NCBI RefSeq assembly: GCF_001194135.2
Contig: NC_068991.1
Span: 7,358,008-7,422,007, forward strand
Length of the DNA stretch: 64,000 bases
Origin: Octopus bimaculoides
Lineage: Eukaryota
Reading direction: 5' to 3'
Below the pieces are notes generated by a model. The model saw only the letters and a program-made list of their open reading frames with translations. It had not been told where the DNA came from and ran no database searches. Below are positions 38,814 to 49,500 of this stretch, piece by piece. A program made the translations under genes and the position numbers. Within the stretch, counting starts at the first letter, position 1. Each line of letters begins with the position of its first letter.

Positions 38814-39790
38814 CCCTCAATCTACAGGGTCTAAGTGATTATTTGTTGGAAGTTTCGTTTATAGCATCCATTTTTCAGGAAGTTATGAGGCAACAAAGTC
38901 GGTGGGGTAGTTATGTCAAAGTTATGAGCGGGGAGGCAAGTCAGATTGTGTGAATTTACCGAAACTCCTCTTCCTACCCCCTTGGGGAAATNNNNNNNNN
39001 NNNNNNNNNNNNNNNNNNNNNNNNNNNNNNNNNNNNNNNNNNNNNNNNNNNNNNNNNNNNNNNNNNNNNNNNNNNNNNNNNNNNNNNNNNNNNNNNNNNN
39101 NNNNNNNNNNNNNNNNNNNNNNNNNNNNNNNNNNNNNNNNNNNNNNNNNNNNNNNNNNNNNNNNNNNNNNNNNNNNNNNNNNNNNNNNNNNNNNNNNNNN
39201 NNNNNNNNNNNNNNNNNNNNNNNNNNNNNNNNNNNNNNNNNNNNNNNNNNNNNNNNNNNNNNNNNNNNNNNNNNNNNNNNNNNNNNNNNNNNNNNNNNNN
39301 NNNNNNNNNNNNNNNNNNNNNNNNNNNNNNNNNNNNNNNNNNNNNNNNNNNNNNNNNNNNNNNNNNNNNNNNNNNNNNNNNNNNNNNNNNNNNNNNNNNN
39401 NNNNNNNNNNNNNNNNNNNNNNNNNNNNNNNNNNNNNNNNNNNNNNNNNNNNNNNNNNNNNNNNNNNNNNNNNNNNNNNNNNNNNNNNNNNNNNNNNNNN
39501 NNNNNTTCTGAAAAAAAATTTTCAAAAATCTCAATTTCAAAATTTCGATTCCCCCTTCCCCGGTTTTTATATAGATCCACAGGGTAAACCTAACCCTAAC
39601 CCTAACCCTAACCCTAACCCTGAACCTGACCTGAGATTTGGCTGTTATTTCTAGCAAGTAAATAGCCTGCATGGGTGGGGGGTTGAAATTTTTCAAACAA
39701 TTTTTTTTCAGAATCGGAATCTCCATAGCCTAAAACGTGGGATTCCGTAAAAAAATAAATAAATAAGGGGGGGGTTCAGATTACATATAG
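38814..39790. mobile_element. Unclassified insertion containing a (CCCTAA)n tract, spanning a gap
   Basis: Truncates a SINE-A at ~38810; compositionally distinct and CpG-containing; CCTAA(CCCTAA)4 at 39589-39617. Interior hidden by Ns (38992-39505). Confidence 0.45.
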
Positions 39791-39969
39791 TCCGTCTCCG
39801 CCCTTCTCCACTTGGTGCCAACATGACCTTTCCGTCCTTTAAATAAAGAAATAACAAATATATTTACTTACCTGAGTACTTAATGATATTGAATAAAAAT
39901 CGATTTCTAAATATAATTATTTGTAAAAACAGACAGTTTTTAAAAAAAATATTTTAGATATATTTAAAC

Positions 39970-40209
39970 TTAGACGGGCATTTGTGCTGCTTTTGATTGA
40001 GTCGAAGGGTCTTCAAAACAATTCGTACCAGTTTCTTCTTCGATTTTTTTCTGAATTTTAGCAGCCTTTTTATCATAAAAGCTTTTCACTCTCTTCAAAT
40101 AGCTTACACGTAAAGTTTTTAATCTGTATCCGACTACAACACCTATGACAAATGCAATTGATGCCGCTATAACAATTTCCCTGCCCGTGGCATGCATTTT
40201 GACGAGCAT
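39970..40209 (-). CDS. MTLN: Mitoregulin-like microprotein (79 aa from ATG 40209; 75 aa from ATG 40197), single exon
   Basis: IVIAASIAFVIGVVVGYRLKTLRVSYLKRVKSFYDKKAAKIQKKIE aligns without gaps to human MTLN as remembered (LQLSVLVAFASGVLLGWQANRLRRRYLDWRKRRLQDKLAATQKKLD), 15/46 identical by manual count. Same TM helix followed by a basic amphipathic segment. Both ATGs are in AAAATG context. Confidence 0.75.
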   Translation of the reverse strand: MLVKMHATGREIVIAASIAFVIGVVVGYRLKTLRVSYLKRVKSFYDKKAAKIQKKIEEETGTNCFEDPSTQSKAAQMPV

Positions 40210-40337
40210 TTTCAAACTCAATCATGTTTAACTTAGCTAGAAAACTATGGAATACAATATGCGTCATCTAAGCCTAATTTGTGTTAACTTGTTTTAGGTA
40301 AACTAGTGAATGTGCGAGCGAGTGCACATATAGTCTT

Positions 40338-40585
40338 TTACTCTTTAACTTGTTTCAGTCATTTGACTGCGGTCATGCTGGAGCACCGCCTTTAGTCGAG
40401 CAAATCGACCCCAGGACTTATTCTTTGTAAGCCTAGTACTTATTCTATCGATCGCTTTTGCCGAACCGCTAAGTCACGGGGACATAAACACACCAGCATC
40501 GGTTGTCAAGTGATGTTGGGGGTGGGAACAAACACAGACACACATACATATATACAACGGGCTTCTTTCAGTTTCCGTCTATCAA
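40338..40585 (-). mobile_element. SINE family C, partial
   Basis: ttgtttcagtcatttgactgcgg.catgctggagcaccgcctttagtcgagcaaatcgaccccaggacttattc... recurs at 15840, 20540, 44808, 50410, 52485 and 58745. Confidence 0.85.
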
Positions 40586-43500
40586 AGAAACCGAGTAATC
40601 AAGATATTGTAGCACGTCTGTTCAACCGTACTTCTTTTTCACTCGTTCCACATGAATTGTCTGAATGGTGATGTTTATGAAACTAGCACATATTTTTTTG
40701 TTGCACGTTTCGTTATGTCTCCGTTCCGTTTTAAGTTCAAATCATACTGGATGATCGATTTCGTTATTCCAACCTTTGAGGGATTGATAAAATAAGTAGC
40801 AGCAGCAATTAACTGAGAATTAATTCAATGCACTAAACGTCTATCTTTAAAAACAAAACAAAAAAAACATTCAGAAAAAGATCGTTATTTTATTATTTTT
40901 CCTGTAATAAAATTCGTTTGAAAATATTTTTAATTGCAATTAATTTTTAAAAATAAAATATTTTAAACTGAAAGCTGTACATTTTTTTATATATATATAT
41001 ATCATAATGATGCATTTTCGGGATAATAAACAATTTCTACGAACATAACGTCGGGTGAAGCTACTTTCACATTTAGATGAATTAGTTGACTCTAAAGGGC
41101 GCTATTTACCGCAATTTCTTGGGTTCCACTATAAACAGTAAGTTAATTAATAATCAGACGGATTGTTTTTTTTTGGGGGGGGGGATCAGGTTTTAAATCA
41201 TAAATGTGTGTGAAAACAAATTCATTACATGATGAATTTTGCGACAAATTATTTATAATTCCAATTTTAATGTATGTGGTGCCGGAACAAGCACAAAAAT
41301 TATCAGTAATTGATCAACAGCATTTGTTTACATTAGAAAAGCTTTTGCATACATCTCGATCGATAATCAATCATTATACACTTTTAATTTGGTTAATGCA
41401 TTTGGAAAGTGCGTTTATACAGGTAGTTTGGTGAATTGTTTAAAATATTGTTATTTCAAATATATTTAATCTCCTTTTTAGTTTACATTGAGAAAATGTA
41501 GTTTAACATTGGGAAATATAAAAATGAAACCAGATAATATCGACTTATCGCTGTTAACTATCGTAGTCAAGACTTGAATTATGAAAGCTATTTTCATATT
41601 AATACCTGAACTTTAGCAGCCCAACCTGACCTCGTGCCTGATAATAACTATTATTATTTTACTTTCAATACATCATCCTTTAACACATTATCTAAATTCA
41701 TGCCCATTCGCGCTCATTTGAGTTATTCTTCTTAGCTGAGTTTATTTCTTTAATTATATAAATTATTACTAACCTCAAAATCGTCGCATCTATTTTTCTA
41801 TATGTAAGCTTTTGTCAAATTATTTAAGCGAGCTTGAGTAAGTTGTGTTGATGAGGTCCAATAAGATCAAAACATGCTCATAGTTGTTCCTTTGTCTGCA
41901 AACAAAGATCAGATTTCCCCTAAACATGTATTTTAATTTTGAAAAATTAATTCTTGATTTCTTGAAGGCTAAATAATCTTTGATTGCTAGTTTCGAGCCT
42001 TTTTTTTTTTCTTCTTTTTGCCTACATTATTGAGTAACTACTCAAATTCAGGCCATTAGTTCATCTGAGTTGTTTTCCTTAGCTCATTTTTGTAAAATTA
42101 ACAATTATTAACGTTTTCCAATTAGATAATATATGGTTTCCCTAGTTCAAACAGATTTAGAATCACAAATTCTTTTACTCCTGGTGAAATATTCTACCAC
42201 TGTGTATTTTTTCCCCTATAAATAATAATTTTAAATGCAATGGAAGCTGGATTGATATAATGTAATACACAGCAGCATATGTACCTGACATAGCAAGAAC
42301 TGTAGCAAGTCTAGTAATATGATCAAGGAAATATTTTGATATTGCATATTTAACAAGAGGCAAATATAGTCCACTGTTATGTCTTACTTCTGTATCATTT
42401 AGATTTCTTGTTCAGAAAATATTGCCCATACATCTAATTCTTCTCCAGATTGTTATAACTTTGAAAGTTCTTTTGCTCCACCTTTTCCCATACAGACATC
42501 AGCCTATTGAAGTTTGAACTGAACAAGAATGGCATTGATCTGGGAGGGCCTGGTAAATACCATAAAAATGCCCCTCCTCCTTGGACATATAAGTTCTGAG
42601 AAGCTGGTGGTCCTTTGTGTTGGCAACAATTATAGAGTGAAGTACATAAGTTTGGATATGTTCATATGTCAAAAGGAGAAAAGGAATCTGATGTTCCCAG
42701 ACCAACCCTTCGTTTGAGAAAAGAGATTTTCTAACCCATAGATTTAGGGTAAGGAGAGAGGGTAAATGAATGAAGTGTGTGTAGGTAAAGTATTGGAAGG
42801 AAGAAAAAGTAATGAAATTCAAAATATTCATTTTTGTGTAGTGTTGTTTAACTAGAAGTCAGTGGACACAAGTGATAGTTTAAAGAAGTGAAAAAATATG
42901 AGTATAGAGATAGTGTAGAAAATATTGGTGACGTTATGTGGTCAGGGAATAGAGGCAGAAATTACAGAAGAATATGCATTTTTATAAGGTGGAAGGCTTC
43001 TCTGATACCCTGCTATTCCTTGGTGGAAATATTGATATGATATGGTTTACATTATACTAGAATCATTTTCCCAAAACTGTATTTTAGAATGAACTGTTTT
43101 CTTTCTATTTCAAAGGTTATTAATGACTACTGACGGCTATTCTTCAAAATTGCCAAAAATTCTCAAAATGTAAGTTACACAGTATGTTTCTAAATTTCAT
43201 CAATCCCCTTTATTTTATTATTCAATGCTTTTCCAGAATTAAATGTTTTTACAGGATGTTTTTTTAAATTTTTTATTTCTGACTGCTATTAGTGGGGAAT
43301 CTTTTGTATTAACCTAGTGTATTATTGAGAGAAATTTATTGTTTGGATCTCTACTGTGGAACTTTGAATCCTATTGTCTACTTACTGGGATTATAGGCGA
43401 TCGTTTTAGGAGAAAATAGTTGTTTTAGAGAGCATGATTTCTTTGACTTCTCAGTAAAAAATACTTAAGATAATAGTATGTGAGTTGAGTGAGAGTTGGC

Positions 43501-44244
43501 TACTATTTCTAGCGGGTCAAAGTAACAGCATAGAGCCTTTTTCTATGGCTTGTTAATAACAAATATTTTAATGATTCATCAGGTAGTCTTCATCAGTAAT
43601 ACTGGTTGTTGTTGAGCCCAAGCTCAGCTCTGACTGAGCAGACCAATAATCAAACTGATTATCACATTCCATGTGGTTGGTAAGCAAACTACTTACCACA
43701 CAGCCACTCCTGCACCTATATGATCTGTAATTAATATATACATTTAACATTAAATCAATTTGTGATTTGATTAATCAAGATGAATATAACTGGATTATTC
43801 ATGTGGAAATTGATATGCCAGCTAGATAAATATGTTTAGTTACAAAAGGACATCAAGGCTGCTATCAAGAATTTTCATGTTTCTCCTATAATCTCTTGAG
43901 CTTTGCATTCATACAACATGACTATAGACTAACTGGTATGATGTACATTGTTGTACCAACAATGTCTCAAGAGAAATACTCTAAATTACAATAGGATAGG
44001 TGTACTTTCGATATAGTTTTTCTTAAGTGTATTTATGTAACTATTATGCAATAAATTAAACAAGTATTCATGCTAAGAATAAGATTCTTGGTAGTCAAGA
44101 ATCCATTTGTTGCTAACATTCAGGCTAGGTCTTCAGTCCTCTCTCTCACCCATCTTTGGGACCTTGAAAATGGTGATGAGCAATGAGCTTTCTTCTTCAC
44201 TGTACAAAAAAAGACAAAAAGAAGAGTTACCTAATATATAAATC

Positions 44245-44525
44245 ATGCCACTGGACTCGCTCCTGTGCAGGTGGCACGTAAAATACACCATTTTGAGGGC
44301 GGCCGTTGCCAGTACTGCCTGACTGGTTTTCATGCTGGTGGCATGTAAAAGCACCCACTACACTCTTGGAGTAGTTGGCGTTAGGAAGGGCATCCAGCTG
44401 TAGAAGCTCTGCCAAATCAGATTGGAACCTGGTGTAGCCCTCTCATTCACCAGTCCTCAGTCAAATCGTCCAACCCATGCAAGCATGGAAAGCAGACATT
44501 AAACGATGATGGTGATGATGATGAT
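44245..44525 (-). mobile_element. SINE family B
   Basis: Same sequence as the copies at 34352-34659 and 56570-56882. Confidence 0.85.
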
Positions 44526-44807
44526 CTCATCATTAGTTGGCAGAGAGCAAATTAACCCCGGTGCTCCCCAGTGCAGCAAAGAGGTTTGAAAGTTAAACAT
44601 TGATGCAGGTCTAAAAATTACATTTTCCAAAAAAGTGTGATGAATGGGATTTCATTAAGAGCAAATGATAAAACAATCAGAGAGGAATTGTATGCATGCT
44701 CCTTGGGGCTTCTAAGCATTGTACAATGGGGAACAACTGGACTAGGTCAATCAGTGTGCACCCACCATCATTTGGAATGTATACTAGGCTGTATACTGTG
44801 TTTATAG

Positions 44808-45040
44808 AAACTCTCTTTTACTCTTTTACTTGTTTCAGTCAATTGACTGCGGCCATGCTGGAGCACCGCCTTTAGTCGAGCAAATCGACCCCAGGACTTA
44901 TTCTTTGTAAGCCTAGTACTTATTCTAGCGGTCTCTTTTTGCCGAACCGCTAAGTTACGGGGACGCAAACACACCAGCATCGGTTGTCAAGCGATTTTAG
45001 GGGGACCAACACAAACACACAAACATGCACACACACTATT
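44808..45040 (-). mobile_element. SINE family C, 3' part
   Basis: Nearly identical to 40338-40585. Confidence 0.85.
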
Positions 45041-45423
45041 CTTATCATCATAATTTAACACCCATTTTCCACGCTGGCATGGGTTGCAGGGTCTAAGTGG
45101 ATCTGGTGAGTCACAGGGTTGTGTCAAACTCCGGTATCAGTTTTGGCATGGCTTCTATAGTTGGGTGCTTTTCTTGTGCTACTGACATTTCGACTAAGTG
45201 AAGGGAAGTATTTGAGAAGGGGAGGTTGCTAAAGATGTTGAGAGCTTAAAATATGATCGAGGGACATATGCAGGTGTTGTGCTATAGAGAAGATACATGG
45301 CTACTCTGCATTATATAAGGGTAGGTGGGAGTAACTGGAAAAAAGATAAGATGGTAGTGACAGAGTGAATGCTCAATTCTATTGACTAATTGTTGCCAAT
45401 GCAAGCTGCCATCAGTTTCGTTG

Positions 45424-45460
<37 letters not shown>

Positions 45461-46567
45461 GATTAGATTGTAGTTTATTTCATTTTAACTATTATCAGTT
45501 AAACTAAATATACAGTTATGAATTTCTTGACTGAATGTTGTACATTTTGTGATGGCTAGTGGTATAATTAAGTTCTTCATACAAAATTTATGATCCCATT
45601 TCAGTGGCTTCACTTATTCTTCTAATGTCTTTGATTATAAAGAATTTAGCTTCTATAGTTATTACTACCCTTAACACAAGGTTGGTTTTTCATGGGCTTA
45701 ACTTTATGCTTAATTAATTTCCAGGATTTTAACAAACAATAGAATATCTCACTCAGGACAGGTTGTTGTCAGTACTGAATGAATTTTAGCATTGAAAGCC
45801 AATAATATTTTCCAGTTCAAGTGCATTTTCCCCCACTACATTTAAACTAAGTAGACCATTCGTTAGTTAAGCGTCTTAGCAGAGTTTGTTGAAAGGTTGG
45901 GATTTATTAACCCTTCAGCATACTGTCTTGAAATTTATTAATTCAGATCGCTCATAACAGCAAGATTTCAAGCTAATTACTAAATTAGAAAAATTCAATG
46001 GCCAAATAAAAAGTAAAGCAATATGTTAAATTAAGTAGCTGTGTAAATTCTATATTTATTTCTTTGATAACGTAAAAAATGCTTTCATAATAAAAAAAAA
46101 ATGAAAACTTAAATTATACCATGACTTTTTATAATCTCGGGCTGTGAATAAGTTTTCAAGCTCTCCTTTTCCCACGAACAGGGAATATATATTTACCTAA
46201 GTATAATGCCAGTTTGAAGACTTCTTTGCAAACGGGGCCCAAGAAACCCAACTAGAAAAACGCGAGGTTCTTTGAAATGTGACCTTTTTTTTTCTCATTG
46301 CTAGGGGAAGTAATTTCATGTTAAGATTTTTTTTCAATTTGTATGCATGAATAAACACTTACTATAAAATAAGTGATTTTCTTTTTGGCATTATAGTAGA
46401 TAAGAACGACTTTATTATATTTAACTTGTAGAAATATTCGCTAACTATGGTGTTCCGTCAGTAAATGTTGGTTTCGACGTCACAGCTTTTCTGCATTCAA
46501 TAAAATGTCTGCAGGTTGTATCAGTTTTAAAGGACATCTACTTCGTCTCAATTTATGAACGAGAAAC

Positions 46568-49500
46568 ATGAGAAAACAAGTTCTTTCTAACCAGTTGCCT
46601 TCAATGCCTCCTTCTGCCTCATATGGGTAAGAAAACCTCTTCTTAAAATTTGTCGTTTTCATGCATCCATCATAAATCTTCGATTACATCGTTCACCCAC
46701 GAACGACTACGTTCGTTTTTCGAAAAATAAATATCACCCCCACCCCCCTTCAGTTGTTAAAACAGATTAAATATAATTGAATTTATAGTTCGCTAGATTT
46801 CTAATTAGAAATTAGATATTTAAAATTAAAACAAAGAAAATGAGGGAAATAGGGGAAGCAATAGCGAAAATTAATATCAGAGGTATCACATTTAGTTTTC
46901 CTAACAAAGTATCGTTTAAGAAGCGTCTACAGCAACAATATTTTCTTCACCTTCATTCAAATCATTTTAATATTTCTATATTGTTTCGTTACTGAAATGG
47001 TTTTTGTTTTGTATTTCCAAAATGTGAAAAGGTTTTTATTTTTAGATTGAATTTTCGCAATCTTTGTGAGATATGCGATCGCCGATTCATCGATTGTTAT
47101 TGTTGGTTTGCAATATTTCTTCCGAAATATTCGTAACAATAGATGGAATTCTTGGAAGTTTAGTTGTCTAAAATAACGAATACCAAACAATTAGATAAAA
47201 AATATAGCTTTGAGGATCTTGCAAATGAAAAAGAGCTGCGCTAAATGATTTCAAAATATAATTAAGAAAACAATAATCAATTAATACAATAAAAACACGC
47301 AACTTTTAATTAATACAGAATTATGACACGTATCATCTTCCATACATATTTGCAAATTTTTAATTTGTTTAAACGCCTTAACTGCAAGATGTAAAAATTA
47401 AAATATTCCCATGTAAATAATTAGGGCGAAAAACCTATTTAAATAATTTTGTTTTTCGTTCATTGACTACATGTTTATCAGTCATTGAGCACGCATTATA
47501 AAACTACTCTGGAAAATGTGGAGCTCTTCTTAATTGTTGTTGTTGTTGTTGGAAGTATTTAGATGGCACAAATGGTAGGGGACTGAGCGATGTTCATTAT
47601 TTATACTCAGTTCCGTTCCTCTACGTTGTGAGTTCAAAACCCGTGGGATTTTATACACTCGAAAGTCGATATAAAATTGGTTTCGACTTAGTATCATCAT
47701 CATCATTTAACATCCGTTGTCCATGCTGGCATGGGTTGGACGGTTTGACTGCGTTGGTACGCTGGAGACTGCGCCAGGATCCAGTCTGATTTGACATGGT
47801 TTTCTACGGCTTGATGCCCTCCCCAACGCCAACCAATCCGAGAGTGCAGTAGGTGCTTTTACGGTAAAAATTTATCCTTTTGCGTGTCACTGGCACGGCG
47901 GATGCCATTTACGTGACACTGGTATCTGTTACGGCTGCGATTTTACTTGGCTTGAAGGATCTTCTCAAGTACGACATAATGCCAAAGGTCTTGGGCATTG
48001 TCTCCGTGCGGCCCAACACTCGAAATGAGCTCGGCCACTTTACACCACCTCACTTCCGTGAGGCCCTTTGGGAGTAAATAAACAACTATTCATTTGTGTT
48101 AATGCAGCTATTACTTACATCACAACACACAAACCAGCAAAGGGAGCGTCGTTCTATGTTGTTGTTTTATCTGCTAGAAATATTAACCAGATTTCCCTCA
48201 GATCACATCTTACCATCTTAAATAAAGGAAGGACATATTGAATAATGCAGTCTGAGATACCCTACTCTTGAAAACAAGATTGGAATGGTTATGGCTACTT
48301 TTCAGTAGGGGGGGAGGTGACAAGACTTTCAGACCACCCTGTACTGTATGTGCTATCTGACTTTTTATTTTGCTGATTTGGAAGTTTGATGGTGTGCCTA
48401 TTGCCTTTGTAGTTCTCTGAGGTCAGTGAGAGTGATTTAGTTAATTTTTGTCACGACTTGTTATGAGTTGACAGCTCCAGGAAAACTTTGGGCAGGGAGG
48501 GAATTTTAGGTGGCTGATATTCTACAGAGTAAGGATTAGACATATTGGTTAGTGTATGACCTGGGTGGAGAGTGGCCACAATATGGGTAAGGAGAGAAGG
48601 AGAGACAAGTTTGTTGAGAGTATGTTAGTGACGGTTGCTGTAATAAAGGTAGAAAATGCAGAAAAAGAAAATATATTTTCTCTTGTTCAATTCCCTTTTC
48701 TATATCATGTATATTTCCATCTTTCCATTAAAGTTGCATGAGAATAATTGTCTTCAGTATTAATCTTAAAAATTTCCTTATCAGCTACATTTACCAAGGT
48801 GTTTTGAAGAAAAGTAATATGGGCAACAAGTCTTGATTCTGTTTAGCCTTTAGTGAGCTAATGGCATTTATAATCACTGTATTGCTATATACCTAGGTCA
48901 CACACATGACTTGACACATGTTCAAGTATTTACTGTTGCTGCAGGTAACTTTGAGAACAATGTGTTATTGTTGGCATATGGTAAACAAACTTTCTAATGC
49001 CACTTTACCTGGAATGGTTCCAGAACCCCTCCCCAACTTGTAGTAACTAATAATTAATCTGATTCTCTGATAATATCTGTTAGAATATTGAAAGAGGTAG
49101 TCATGTTATGCCATTTGTGTTCTTTTTTTCTAACATTTCATTTTCATGTAGGTGAGACTGTCAAGATTAAAAAATTAACTGAATACTGTGAGTCTCTGTA
49201 TAAGCTCGAAATGGAGTCTTCCTAAGGCTCTAATTTATGGTCCATATTATTTGTCCTTCATATTGTTTGATCTGCATACTCCTTCGATTCTGTGTGGTAT
49301 ACAGAATTCAAGTGAGAAATAGAATAAATAGTAATGTAAGTTTTTGGAAGCTGCTACCTTACCAGAGAAATAGATAAAAGAATAATTTGAAGATGAGCAC
49401 TTCAGAAGTATTTAATGTAGAGGATTTTTGCAAAAGCAACCAAAAATTAGAGATATATCTGGATTAAATTCTGTGAAGTGGTTGATGTTAGGGAGGGCAT

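Noticed and set aside
41050-42750. Plus-strand spliced gene model (donors 41138, 41423, 42749; ORF 41204 joined to 42403 giving ~108 aa)
   Set aside because: One intron would be only ~52 nt, the peptide has no recognisable features, and such splice-like motifs occur by chance in AT-rich DNA. It cannot be excluded as a lncRNA.
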